Shown here piece by piece: positions 21,043 through 30,239 of a stretch of DNA of 64,000 bases (positions are counted from its first letter, which is position 1; each line of letters begins with the position of its first letter). The notes below the pieces were generated by a model. That model was not told the origin of the DNA. It saw only the letters and a program-made list of their open reading frames with translations, and made no database searches. This stretch comes from Candidatus Omnitrophota bacterium (GTDB lineage Bacteria; Omnitrophota; Omnitrophia; Omnitrophales; JACQLI01). Location: contig JACPCP010000008.1 in NCBI GenBank assembly GCA_016179745.1, positions 34,103 to 98,102 on the forward strand. Direction: 5' to 3'. Made by a program: the position numbers and the translations under genes.

Positions 21043-21094
21043 CAGATTGCCCTCAATAAATGAGTCATCATATCACGGAGTCTTTGCCGGCCCC

Positions 21095-21799
21095 TCACAT
21101 CGATTTGCCGGCCTGGAGGATGAAAAATTCGGCCACGCCGATGAGGAGAATTCCAAAGAGCTGTTTTAGGCGGAGAAGCCAGACGCCGGACTTCGGGAGG
21201 GAGGTAAGGAGGCCCGTAAAGGTCCCGAGGAGCACCAAAAGGGTCCCGAGGCCGAGGGCAAAGGTGAGAAGGAGCGAGGCGCCAAACCAAAGATTCCGGC
21301 TTTGAGCGACAAAGACAAGGAGCGCCCCCAAAACCGGGACCGTGCAGGGCGCCGCCACGACCCCCGAACCGGCCCCCATCAGAAAAACGCTGAAAGCCCC
21401 TCTTTCCCTGCCGCCTGCCCCGGCCTCACCCCACGGGCCCGGAAGTTTGATTTCAAAAAGCCCCAGCATGGAAAGGGCAAAAACAAGGCAGAGATTTCCC
21501 ACCAAAAGATAGGCGATCGGATGGCTTGTGAATTGCCCAAAGATCCGCCCCGTGAGGGCGGCCACGAGGCCCAGGAGAGAATAAGTGACGGCTGTCCCCA
21601 GGACAAAGGCCAAAGAAAGCTGAAAGGCCCTGAGCCGGCTCTTGACGCCTGTGGCGCCGATCACCCCCACCAAAATCGGAATGATCGGGTAAATGCAGGG
21701 GGTAAAACTCGCCCACACACCCCCCAGGAAGGCCACCAAATAAGCCAGCGGCGAGACCTCGGTTAAATACTGGGAGAAATTTTGGAAGAGGGTTTCCAT
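21095..21799 (-). CDS. ccdA: Cytochrome c biogenesis / thiol-disulfide transporter CcdA (DsbD transmembrane-domain family)
   Basis: 234 aa polytopic membrane protein with FTPCIYPIIP and AAPCTVPVLGA, the two conserved Cys-containing helices. Confidence 0.85.
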   Translation of the reverse strand: METLFQNFSQYLTEVSPLAYLVAFLGGVWASFTPCIYPIIPILVGVIGATGVKSRLRAFQLSLAFVLGTAVTYSLLGLVAALTGRIFGQFTSHPIAYLLVGNLCLVFALSMLGLFEIKLPGPWGEAGAGGRERGAFSVFLMGAGSGVVAAPCTVPVLGALLVFVAQSRNLWFGASLLLTFALGLGTLLVLLGTFTGLLTSLPKSGVWLLRLKQLFGILLIGVAEFFILQAGKSM

Positions 21800-21848
21800 G
21801 AAAATTCTCTACGCACGGGGCGCTCGAACGGGGGGCTCAAACTCGGGG

Positions 21849-22022
21849 TCAGAATCTTCTCTTTTTATTGCTCCGGATTTTCCGGTGGCGCTTTTCGCTC
21901 GGTTTCTCGTAGTGCTTGCGGGCCCGAAGGATTTTCAGGATCCCTTCACGCTCCATTTTTTTCTTGAGCCGTCTCAGGGCCTTCTCGAGGGGCTCGTTAT
22001 CTCCGACCAGGACTTTTGTCAC
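21849..22022 (-). CDS. rpsU: 30S ribosomal protein S21
   Basis: Absent from the ORF track (57 aa, GTG start). My translation is (M)[56 protein letters not shown]. This matches the bS21 pattern (xVxVxxNEPxxxALRRFKKxxxxxGIxxExRxRxxYEKPSExR). Confidence 0.9.
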   Translation of the reverse strand: MTKVLVGDNEPLEKALRRLKKKMEREGILKILRARKHYEKPSEKRHRKIRSNKKRRF

Positions 22023-22031
22023 AGTGGGGGT

Positions 22032-22078
22032 ATTATACCCGTCCCGTCCTTGAAATCAATCAGCAAGTCCAGTATAGT
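22032..22078. promoter_or_regulatory. Compact divergent promoter pair for rpsU (minus) and comF (plus)
   Basis: Plus strand: TTGAAA (22050..22055)-17 nt-TATAGT (22073..22078), with GTG 22087 only 8 nt later. Minus strand: TTGATT-16 nt-TATAAT (22037..22032), with the rpsU GTG (22022) 9 nt later. Confidence 0.55.
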
Positions 22079-22086
22079 AACGCCCC

Positions 22087-22797
22087 GTGAACTTCCACGA
22101 AACGCTCCCCCGTTACGGGGAGGCCTTGCTCAGACTCTTCTACCCCAGCCGGTGCGCCGCCTGCGAGAAGCTCCTGGAACTCGAAGAGCGGGGGATCTGT
22201 GCGGTTTGCCTCGAGGGGTTTCAAAAACTGAAATTCCTGCCCTCGGAGGAACGGATCCGGGTGCCGCTCACTCACGGAGAGGAGGCGTGGGCCCTTTTCC
22301 GTTACGAGGGATTGATCAAAGACCTTGTCCACCAGATTAAATTTGACCGCCGAAGGGACCTTCTCGAGATTTTCAGCGGGGCCTTGTCGCTTTTCCTGGA
22401 ACGCCGGCCGGGCCTCGGCCGTTACGACCTGATCCTCCCCGTCCCGCTCGACCCCCGCCGCCAATGGCAGCGGGAATTTAACCAATCCGCCCTTTTGGCC
22501 CAAAGGGTCCGGAAATGTCTGCTCTTGAGAGGCCGCGACCTCCCCGTAAAGGAACGGGGCCTCACGAAGAGGCGCTCCACCCCGCCCCAGAGCCTCCTCG
22601 GCCGGGAGGCCCGCAAGCTCAATCTCGACCAGACCTTCCGGGTTTCCTCCCGGGCCCGGGTCCGTTCGAAATCGATTCTCCTCGTCGACGACATCTTCAC
22701 GACCGGGGCCACGCTGGAAGAGGCGGCAAAAACCCTGAAGGCCCAGGGGGCGTCCCGGGTCGGCTGCCTCGCCCTGACCCGGGCCCTCCTTCACTGA
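22087..22797 (+). CDS. comF: ComF-family protein (phosphoribosyltransferase-like, ComFC)
   Basis: 236 aa. N-terminal zinc-ribbon Cys pairs (CAAC...CAVC) and the C-terminal PRTase motif ILLVDDIFTTGATLEEAAKTLKAQGASRV. Confidence 0.88.
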   Translation: MNFHETLPRYGEALLRLFYPSRCAACEKLLELEERGICAVCLEGFQKLKFLPSEERIRVPLTHGEEAWALFRYEGLIKDLVHQIKFDRRRDLLEIFSGALSLFLERRPGLGRYDLILPVPLDPRRQWQREFNQSALLAQRVRKCLLLRGRDLPVKERGLTKRRSTPPQSLLGREARKLNLDQTFRVSSRARVRSKSILLVDDIFTTGATLEEAAKTLKAQGASRVGCLALTRALLH

Positions 22798-22801
22798 TCC
22801 C

Positions 22802-23899
22802 ATGAGGGTCCTCGACCGTTACCTTCTCCGTGAACTTTTTTTTCCGGTCCTGCTCTGCTCGCTCATCTTGGTCTTTCTGGTCCTGATTGCGGATGTCTTT
22901 GACAACCTGGATGCGCTCCTGAAAAATCAAACGTCCCTCGCCCTGATCCTCCGCTATTATCTCCTGCTGATCCCGGTCTCCTTTTCACAGACCATCCCCT
23001 GGGCCACGCTCCTCGGGACGTTTTATCTCCTCGTAAGCTTCAATTTCCACAACGAAATCGTGGCCATGAAGGTGGCGGGGCTTGAGATCAACAGCATTGT
23101 CCGCCCGCTCCTTTTCTTCGGTTTTTTGATCGGCGTCCTCTGTCTCCTCCTGGGCGACACGGTCGTCCCGGCCACTTTCCACGCCGCCAGTGAAATCCGT
23201 GAAATTCACATTGAAAAGAAAAAGGGAGAGGGGGCGGGGCAGGTCGCCGAAAACGTCACCTACTACAGCGAGGGAAACCAGCTTCAATACTACCGCTATT
23301 TTGACTACGGGAAGAGGCGGGTGGAAGATGCCATCCTCCTCTGGCTCGACCCCCAGACCCGCAACACCCGGCGAAAGATGGTGGCTAAAAAAGGGGCGTG
23401 GCGGGAAAACCGCTGGGTCTTCGAAAACGTGACGGAATACGAGATGGACCCCGAGGGGCAAATTCTGGGGGAGCCGAGAAGTTTCGTGACCCGGGTCTAC
23501 GCCGACGTCCGGACCAGCCCCGAGGACCTGCGCCACGCCTCCAGCGAAAGCCAGTTCCTGAGCAGCAAGGAATTAAGGCACTATATCCAAAAGCTCGAAG
23601 AAAACGGTGTGCGGGCTTACAACGAAAAGGTGGAACACCAATACCGCATCGCCGCCCCCTGGCAGTCCCTTGTAATGATGCTGATTGCCTTTCCGCTTCT
23701 CTCCCCCACCCGTTCCAAAAAGGTGATCGCCTTTAACGTCCTGATTTGTCTGGGCGTGGTCTTCCTTTTTCACGTGACGGGGGCCATTACCCTGGCCCTC
23801 GGAAAAACCGGGAGGCTTCTCCCCTTTTTCAGCGCCTGGCTGAATACGATTTTATTTTCGGTGGCGGCGGTGTTTTATCTGGAGAGGGCGAACGAGTAG
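22802..23899 (+). CDS. LPS export ABC transporter permease, LptF/LptG family
   Basis: 365 aa. Starts MRVLDRYLLRELFFPVLLCSLILVFLVLI (YjgP/YjgQ family start), with a central periplasmic domain and three C-terminal TM helices. Confidence 0.88.
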   Translation: MRVLDRYLLRELFFPVLLCSLILVFLVLIADVFDNLDALLKNQTSLALILRYYLLLIPVSFSQTIPWATLLGTFYLLVSFNFHNEIVAMKVAGLEINSIVRPLLFFGFLIGVLCLLLGDTVVPATFHAASEIREIHIEKKKGEGAGQVAENVTYYSEGNQLQYYRYFDYGKRRVEDAILLWLDPQTRNTRRKMVAKKGAWRENRWVFENVTEYEMDPEGQILGEPRSFVTRVYADVRTSPEDLRHASSESQFLSSKELRHYIQKLEENGVRAYNEKVEHQYRIAAPWQSLVMMLIAFPLLSPTRSKKVIAFNVLICLGVVFLFHVTGAITLALGKTGRLLPFFSAWLNTILFSVAAVFYLERANE

Positions 23900-23905
23900 A
23901 AGGAC

Positions 23906-25162
23906 TTAGGTGCCGAGCTCCCAGGAAGCGAGGTAGTGCTTCTGTTCGGGAGTCAGGGAGTCGATGGAAATCTTCATTTCCTTGAGCTTCAGCCGGGCCA
24001 CCTTGGCATCAATCGTCTCGGGGACCCGGTAAACTCTTTTCTCAAGCATCCGGCCCGAGCGGGCCAGGACCTCCACGCAGAAAGCCTGATTGGCAAAGGA
24101 CATGTCCATGACGCTCGCCGGGTGGCCCTCAGCCGTGGAGAGATTCACAAGCCTTCCCTCGGCAAGAAGGTAAATCCGCTTTCCGCCCGAAAGGACAAAC
24201 TCCTCGACATAATCCCTCACGAGACGGCTCTTCCGGGACAATTTCTTAAGCGCCGGGATATCGATCTCGGCGTTGAAATGGCCGGAATTGGCCACGATGG
24301 CACCGTCTTTCATGGCCCGAAAATGTTCCTGGCGGATCACGTTGAGGTTGCCGGTCACGGTCACAAAAATATCGCCCCGGCGGGCCGCCTCTTTCATGGA
24401 CATCACCTGAAACCCGTCCATCACGGCCTCCAGGGCCCGGAGCGGACCGGTTTCCGTGACAATGACGTGCGCCCCCATGCCTCGTGCCCGGGACGCCAAC
24501 CCCCGGCCGCACCAGCCGTAACCGCCCACCACAAAGGTGGAGCCGGCCAGGAGAACATTGGTCGCCCGAATGACCCCGTCAATCGTGGATTGGCCCGTGC
24601 CGTAACGGTTATCGAAGAGATGCTTTGTATCGGCATCGTTGATGGCAAAGATGGGAAAACGAAGAAGCCCCTTGGCCTCAAGGCTCCTCAAGCGGATCAC
24701 CCCGGTGGTCGTCTCCTCGGTCCCGCCAAAGACCCCGTTGGCGAGTGACTTCATCTTTCCGTGGATCTCCGACACCAGATCGGCGCCGTCGTCCATCGTA
24801 ATCTCGGGATGATGCTCCAGGGCAGAACGAATATGGCGGTAATACGTCTTGGAATCTTCGCCCTTCCGGGCAAAAACCGGGATGCCTTCATTTTCCACCA
24901 GGGAAGCCGCCACGTCATCCTGGGTGCTCAAGGGATTGGAGGCGCAAAGAACCACGTCCGCCCCGCCCGCTTTCAGCGTGCGCATCAAATTGGCGGTTTC
25001 GGTGGTGACGTGAAGGCAGGCCGAGATCCGGAACCCCCGGAGGGGTTTTCGCTTGCGGAAATCTTCCAGGATGGAGCGGAGGACGGGCATCTGCCGCTCC
25101 GCCCAGAGGATCCGCTTATTCCCGTGTGGCGCTAAGGAGCGGTTCTTGACGTCGAGTTTCAT
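23906..25162 (-). CDS. ahcY: Adenosylhomocysteinase
   Basis: 418 aa. WAERQMPVL, the NAD-binding segment [27 protein letters not shown], and GHFNAEID. Confidence 0.96.
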   Translation of the reverse strand: MKLDVKNRSLAPHGNKRILWAERQMPVLRSILEDFRKRKPLRGFRISACLHVTTETANLMRTLKAGGADVVLCASNPLSTQDDVAASLVENEGIPVFARKGEDSKTYYRHIRSALEHHPEITMDDGADLVSEIHGKMKSLANGVFGGTEETTTGVIRLRSLEAKGLLRFPIFAINDADTKHLFDNRYGTGQSTIDGVIRATNVLLAGSTFVVGGYGWCGRGLASRARGMGAHVIVTETGPLRALEAVMDGFQVMSMKEAARRGDIFVTVTGNLNVIRQEHFRAMKDGAIVANSGHFNAEIDIPALKKLSRKSRLVRDYVEEFVLSGGKRIYLLAEGRLVNLSTAEGHPASVMDMSFANQAFCVEVLARSGRMLEKRVYRVPETIDAKVARLKLKEMKISIDSLTPEQKHYLASWELGT

Positions 25163-26336
25163 GAGCAGCAGAACTTTTTTCGGAGTTTAAACCCAGGGCC
25201 TTCCGGATCCTCGGCGCACCGTCAAGCGCCTCCCAGGTAAAGTCTTCCTCGTTCCGGCCAAAGTGCCCATAGGCCGCCGTCTTTTGGTAAACGGGCCGGC
25301 GCAGCTTGAGCTTTTCGATGATCCCCTGGGGCGTGAAGTCAAAGAGTTCCTGAAGGGCCTTCGCAATCTGCAAATCGGACACGACGCCCGTTCGAAACGT
25401 ATTCACCATCACGGAGACGGGCTCCGCAACGCCGATGGCGTAAGCGATCTGGATTTCACATTGCGTTGAGACCCCGCTCGCCACGACATTCTTGGCCAGG
25501 TAGCGGGCGAAATAAGAGGCGGACCGGTCCACCTTGGAAGGGTCCTTTCCGCTGAAAGCGCCGCCGCCGTGGGCCCCGTAACCCCCGTAGGTATCGACGA
25601 TGATCTTCCTCCCCGTGAGCCCCGTGTCGCCATGCGGGCCCCCGACTTCGAAACGGCCGGTGGGGTTGATATAAATCTTCGTGTTAGGATCAAGGTAGAT
25701 CTTGGGGATAATCTCCTGGATGACCCATTTCTTCAGGTCCTGTTCAATTGTCTTGAGGGGGACTTCCCCGTCATGCTGCGCACTCAAGACCACGGTGTCC
25801 ACCCGGACCGGTTTCCCGTCATCATACTCCACGGACACCTGGCTCTTGCCGTCCGGGCGAAGGTATTTAAGGATCCCGGCCTTGCGGATTTCGGTAAGAC
25901 GGCGGACCAATTTGTGGGCAAGGATAATCGGAAGTGGCATCAGCTCTTCGGTCTGCGTGGTGGCGTAGCCGAACATCATCCCCTGGTCGCCCGCCCCGCC
26001 CCGGTCCACTCCCATGGCAATATCCGGGGACTGGCGCTGGACTTCTACGAGGACGCCGCAGGTCTTGTAATCAAAGCCGTAGGAGGCGTCCGTGTAACCC
26101 ACTTCCTTAATGACCCGGCGGGCAATCTCCGGAAGGTCCACCTGGGCGTGGCTCGTGATCTCTCCGGCAATGATGACCGTGCCTGTGGTCACCAGGCATT
26201 CGCAGGCGACCCGGGAGGCCGGGTCCTTGGCCAGATAGGCATCCAGAATGGCATCCGAAATTTGATCGCAAAGTTTGTCCGGGTGACCTTCGGTCACCGA
26301 CTCGGAGGTAAAAAGATGTCTCTCTTTACTTTTCAT
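25116..26336 (-). CDS. metK: S-adenosylmethionine synthase
   Basis: 406 aa. [37 protein letters not shown] and [19 protein letters not shown]-terminal tail of about 20 aa overlaps the ahcY start by 47 nt. Confidence 0.96.
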   Translation of the reverse strand: MKSKERHLFTSESVTEGHPDKLCDQISDAILDAYLAKDPASRVACECLVTTGTVIIAGEITSHAQVDLPEIARRVIKEVGYTDASYGFDYKTCGVLVEVQRQSPDIAMGVDRGGAGDQGMMFGYATTQTEELMPLPIILAHKLVRRLTEIRKAGILKYLRPDGKSQVSVEYDDGKPVRVDTVVLSAQHDGEVPLKTIEQDLKKWVIQEIIPKIYLDPNTKIYINPTGRFEVGGPHGDTGLTGRKIIVDTYGGYGAHGGGAFSGKDPSKVDRSASYFARYLAKNVVASGVSTQCEIQIAYAIGVAEPVSVMVNTFRTGVVSDLQIAKALQELFDFTPQGIIEKLKLRRPVYQKTAAYGHFGRNEEDFTWEALDGAPRIRKALGLNSEKSSAAHETRRQEPLLSATRE

Positions 26337-27112
26337 GATCTCCCTTTCCTTATCCTTGTTTGTTTGACGGGGGTCTTCGAAAAGAGCCTTTCCGCTTCCC
26401 GGTAAGTATCGAAGTCACCGATATCAAGCCATTTCCCTTCAAAAGGATACGCATAGACGGCGTCCTCTTTCACGAGCCAGTGGATGAAGTCGCCGATGCG
26501 GTCGGCATTATCGCTTTCACGAATATATCTGTCAAGAAGATCTAGGCTTTCCCGGGCAAACCAGTAGATCCCGGTGGAGGCCAGCGTGGAAGGCGGGACC
26601 TTGGGTTTTTCGACAAATTCCGCAATCTTCCCATCCGGGCCGATACGGACAATCCCGTAGCGGGAGGCCCGATCCCGATCCCGGACGTCCACCACCCCCA
26701 AACTGACGTGCGGACGGCGGGACTCGGCGAACCCGAAAAAATCTCTCAACGAAAAATCAAAGAGGTTGTCCCCGGCCAGGACCGCAAGGTCATCCTGAAT
26801 CGCAAATTTTCGGCGCACCAAACCCAAATCGCCGATCGCCCCGAGGCGTTCCTCCTCGCTCCGGGTGCCGTCACTCACAAGCTCAATCCTATCCGTTGTG
26901 GTCTGTTTCTTCGCCAGCCAATCGTTGAAGCGGGAATGGAAGCGTCCGTTGGTCACGACGAACACCCGATCCACTGCAGGGATCTCTTCGATTTTCTCGA
27001 GGAGGTGCTCTAGGAGGGGCCGGCCGGCCACAGAAAGCAGGGGCTTGGGTTGATTTTCGGTGAGCGGACGAAGCCGTGTCCCGTAACCGGCGCAAAGCAA
27101 AACGACCTTCAT
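26333..27112 (-). CDS. Sugar-phosphate nucleotidyltransferase (NTP_transferase family; substrate unknown)
   Basis: 259 aa. [26 protein letters not shown] is the G-x-G-T-R-L nucleotidyltransferase signature. Confidence 0.85.
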   Translation of the reverse strand: MKVVLLCAGYGTRLRPLTENQPKPLLSVAGRPLLEHLLEKIEEIPAVDRVFVVTNGRFHSRFNDWLAKKQTTTDRIELVSDGTRSEEERLGAIGDLGLVRRKFAIQDDLAVLAGDNLFDFSLRDFFGFAESRRPHVSLGVVDVRDRDRASRYGIVRIGPDGKIAEFVEKPKVPPSTLASTGIYWFARESLDLLDRYIRESDNADRIGDFIHWLVKEDAVYAYPFEGKWLDIGDFDTYREAERLFSKTPVKQTRIRKGRS

Positions 27113-28170
27113 TTTGCCCTGGCAAGCTGCTTTTTCAGGTCTTCAATGATCGCAACCGGAGTGGGGTCCACGCCGTAAAAAAGCGCCAGGTAATAGCTGG
27201 TCCAATCCCCCAGGAGAATGGCCGAGAAAAGCCGGGCCAGCCGGCTTTTTCCCTCTGAGTGCATCTCCTGGATTTCAATTCCCCGCTCCGCCAGGAGCTT
27301 CCGGGTAATCTTGAACCGGAGCTGAATGCGGGGGTGGTCTTCTGAATCCCGCAGGAAAACGGCGATCGAGCGGCCAATCACAGTGCCGGGATTCTCCCAA
27401 CCGAGAATTTCATTGTGGTTCATTTCCGGAAGCAGGTGATGGGAGGCCAGGGCCTTGGCATTCTCTTCGATTTGATTCCGGAACCGGAGGGCCGCCGTTT
27501 CAAGGAGTTCCGTTCCGGCGTAGATCGCTACGAACCGGCCCCAGAGGGACTTTGCCGCCTGCCTTGCCGGATTTGATTTCAAGGGGATCTCGGGGGAAAA
27601 TTTTTCGCTGTTCAGTTTTTTGAGGAGCGCCAGCGTTTCCCGGACCGCCGGGGCGTCCCACTTCCACAAATTGAGTTTGGAGAAAAGTTTCAGGATCGGA
27701 AAAACGGAATACCCCAGGGCCGCCCGGGGCGGAAGCCCTTTGGGGATCTCGATCCAGGGAACGGACTGTTTTTGGGCAAGCTGGGCGAGTTCCCCTCCGG
27801 AGGTGATCACCACCCTTCGGAGTTTTCTCTTCATTCCCTCCTGGAAACCCGCCAGGGTCTCCTCGGTATTTCCGGAGTAACTTGAAAAAATGCACAGGGT
27901 TTTTGAATCGACCCAGGACGGGAGCCGGTAATGGCGGGACACACTGAGGGGGAGGGCCGAATCCCGGGCCAGGAGGGAACGGATCACATCGCCTCCGATG
28001 GCCGACCCCCCCATTCCGATAAAGATCACCTTCTCCAGGGGGCCTCGAAGCACTCCGGCGCCGCTGCCGCTGAAACCCTCCCCGATTTGAATGGCGTCTT
28101 CAATTTGCTGGGGAAAATTTTTTAAAAGTCCGGCCATTCCCAGGGAATCCAAACGATCGATTCGAGACAT
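27109..28170 (-). CDS. SIS-domain sugar isomerase, bifunctional phosphoglucose/phosphomannose isomerase type
   Basis: 353 aa with two SIS-like halves (VIFIGMGGSAIGGDV...IFSSYSGNTEETL), as in the PGI/PMI family. Confidence 0.75.
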   Translation of the reverse strand: MSRIDRLDSLGMAGLLKNFPQQIEDAIQIGEGFSGSGAGVLRGPLEKVIFIGMGGSAIGGDVIRSLLARDSALPLSVSRHYRLPSWVDSKTLCIFSSYSGNTEETLAGFQEGMKRKLRRVVITSGGELAQLAQKQSVPWIEIPKGLPPRAALGYSVFPILKLFSKLNLWKWDAPAVRETLALLKKLNSEKFSPEIPLKSNPARQAAKSLWGRFVAIYAGTELLETAALRFRNQIEENAKALASHHLLPEMNHNEILGWENPGTVIGRSIAVFLRDSEDHPRIQLRFKITRKLLAERGIEIQEMHSEGKSRLARLFSAILLGDWTSYYLALFYGVDPTPVAIIEDLKKQLARAK

Positions 28171-29966
28171 TACTCCTCCTCCAGACTTTTCAGAATTTTG
28201 TGCAGTTTTTGGTGTAAAAATTTCTGGACCTCGGCGCCGGTGCCGAACTGAAGGGCCTTTTGGGCCACTTCCCGGGCCAGTTTGTAGGAAACGAGACGGA
28301 TGGCCTTCTTCACCTTCGGCAGGACAAAGGGGCTCGTGCTGATCTCGTCAATCCCGAGACCCATCAGGAGGACCGCAATGGCCGGGTCGCCGGACATCTC
28401 CCCGCAGCTTCCGACCCAAATTTTATTCCTGTGGCCATTCACGATCACTTCCTTGATGAGTTTCAAGATGGCCGGGTGGGTGGGTTCGTAGAGGTAGGCA
28501 ATTTTCTCGTTCACCCGGTCCACGGCCAGGGCATACTGAATGAGATCGTTGGTCCCGATGGAAAAGAAATCAACCTCCCGGGACAGGGAATCGCTTGTCA
28601 GGGCGGCCGAGGGGATCTCGATCATGGCCCCCACCGCCATCTTAGAGTCAAAGGGGATCTTTTTCTTTTTCAGCTCCTTCCGGCATTCGTCCAGGAGACG
28701 GTTGGCGCTCTGGAGCTCGGTCAAATTGGAGATCATCGGATACATCAACTTTAAATTTCCGTGGACGCTGGCCCGGAGGACAGCCCGAAGCTGGGCCTTG
28801 AAAATGTCCACCCTCGCCAGACAGAACCGGATGGCCCGCCACCCCAAGAAGGGGTTCATTTCGTGGGGAACCTCGAGCGAAGAAAGAAACTTGTCTCCCC
28901 CCAGGTCCAGGCTTCGAATGATCACCGGATAAGGTTTCATCCTTTCCGCCACGGTCCGGTAGGCCTCATATTGCTCCTCTTCGAGAGGAAGGTCGGTGCG
29001 GTTCAGATAAAAGTATTCCGTCCGGTAAAGCCCGATCCCCCTTGCCCCGTGAGCCAGCACCGAGGGGATCTCGTCCGGGAATTCAATGTTGGCCGCCAAT
29101 TCAATCCGGTGGCCGTCAGGCGTTTCAGCCGGAAGATTTCTGAGCTTGTCCAGGTCGGAGGTAAATTCGATAAATCGTTTTTCTTCCCGGGTGAATTCCT
29201 CGACCGTCCTCTTGTCCGGGTGGACAACCACGATCCCGTGATTGCCGTCCACGACAAGCAGGTCCCCCGTGTTGACCTCCCGGCTGATTTGTTCCAGGCC
29301 CACCACCGCAGGGATCCCGATTGAGCGGGCCATGATGGCCGTGTGAGAAGTCGGCCCGCCCACGTCCGTCGCAAAGGCAATCACTTTTTGCTTGTCCATC
29401 GTGGCGGTGTCGGAAGGAGAAAGGTCGTGGGCAATCAGGATCACTTTTTCGGTCAGGTGGGCGAGCGGGTTCTGCCCCTTTCCCGCCAGGTTTTCCATCA
29501 GGCGGCGGGCGACATCCCGGATATCGGACACCCGCTCCTTGAGGTATTCATCGTCCACCTGGGTAAAGGCCCGGAAATACTTCTCCACCACCTCGGAGAA
29601 GGCAAATTCCGAGTTGACCTTCTTGTCCTTGATGACCGAGATGACGTCTTCGATTAAACTCCGGTCTTCCAAAATCAGGAGATGGGCCGTGAAGATGTCG
29701 GATTGGTCACGCCCGATTTCGTCCGAGAGTTTCTTCCGGATTCCGAGGATGTCGGCACGGGTCCGGGTCAGGGCATCCTCGAAGCGGGTGATTTCCTCCG
29801 GGATCTGGCGATCCGTGATCTTCAGACGGGGCACATCCAAAAAGTCTTCCGTATGCAGGACAAAGGCCTTGCCGATCGCCACCCCCGAGGAGACGGGGAT
29901 CCCGGTCCACTTTTTGGCCCCGGCCGGCGGCGTCTTTGCTTTCTCAACCTGGCTCTTCTCCTTCAT
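28170..29966 (-). CDS. ptsI: Phosphoenolpyruvate--protein phosphotransferase (PTS Enzyme I)
   Basis: 598 aa. Active-site region FATDVGGPTSHTAIMARSIGIPAVVG and the PEP-utilising C-terminal barrel (GLYRTEYFY, FFSIGTNDLIQY). No GAF domain, so it is ptsI-type rather than ptsP-type. Confidence 0.93.
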   Translation of the reverse strand: MKEKSQVEKAKTPPAGAKKWTGIPVSSGVAIGKAFVLHTEDFLDVPRLKITDRQIPEEITRFEDALTRTRADILGIRKKLSDEIGRDQSDIFTAHLLILEDRSLIEDVISVIKDKKVNSEFAFSEVVEKYFRAFTQVDDEYLKERVSDIRDVARRLMENLAGKGQNPLAHLTEKVILIAHDLSPSDTATMDKQKVIAFATDVGGPTSHTAIMARSIGIPAVVGLEQISREVNTGDLLVVDGNHGIVVVHPDKRTVEEFTREEKRFIEFTSDLDKLRNLPAETPDGHRIELAANIEFPDEIPSVLAHGARGIGLYRTEYFYLNRTDLPLEEEQYEAYRTVAERMKPYPVIIRSLDLGGDKFLSSLEVPHEMNPFLGWRAIRFCLARVDIFKAQLRAVLRASVHGNLKLMYPMISNLTELQSANRLLDECRKELKKKKIPFDSKMAVGAMIEIPSAALTSDSLSREVDFFSIGTNDLIQYALAVDRVNEKIAYLYEPTHPAILKLIKEVIVNGHRNKIWVGSCGEMSGDPAIAVLLMGLGIDEISTSPFVLPKVKKAIRLVSYKLAREVAQKALQFGTGAEVQKFLHQKLHKILKSLEEE

Positions 29967-30238
29967 CGAGAAGGCTCTCCGAATTCGTCCCGGACCAGTT
30001 TTTTGAGACAGGCAACCGCCTGGACGGCATCCGGTCCGGTCGCCCTGATTTTGATTTGGGCCCCCCGTCCGGCCGCCAGCGTCATGATTCCCATGATGGA
30101 TTTTCCGCTGACCTCGGAGCGGCCCTTTCGGACAAAGATCTCACTTTGAAACCGGTTTGCCGCCTGCACAAAGAACGCCGCCGGGCGGGCGTGCAGGCCG
30201 AGCCGGTTGCGGATGAGAAGCGTGGCGGTCCGAGTCAT
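29963..30238 (-). CDS. ptsH: Phosphocarrier protein HPr (or NPr)
   Basis: From ATG 30238: MTRTATLLIRNRLGLHARPAAFFVQAANRF, with the active-site His in GLHARPA and the regulatory Ser region GKSIMGIM. This start lies 1 nt after the yvcK stop. Confidence 0.9.
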   Translation of the reverse strand: MTRTATLLIRNRLGLHARPAAFFVQAANRFQSEIFVRKGRSEVSGKSIMGIMTLAAGRGAQIKIRATGPDAVQAVACLKKLVRDEFGEPSR

Positions 30239-30239
30239 G

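Noticed and set aside
21798-22340. 180-aa plus-strand ORF spanning the rpsU region
   Set aside because: It overlaps the clear S21 gene on the opposite strand and then the 5' end of comF in a different frame. No family signal.
22060-22803. 247-aa minus-strand ORF covering the comF region
   Set aside because: The plus-strand frame carries the ComF zinc-ribbon and PRTase motifs and has a near-consensus promoter. The minus ORF is a Gly/Pro/Arg-rich shadow.
28170-29966. Calling Enzyme I as PtsP (EI-Ntr)
   Set aside because: There is no N-terminal GAF domain. The 598-aa length and domain order fit ptsI-type EI, with only a ~25-aa N-terminal extension.
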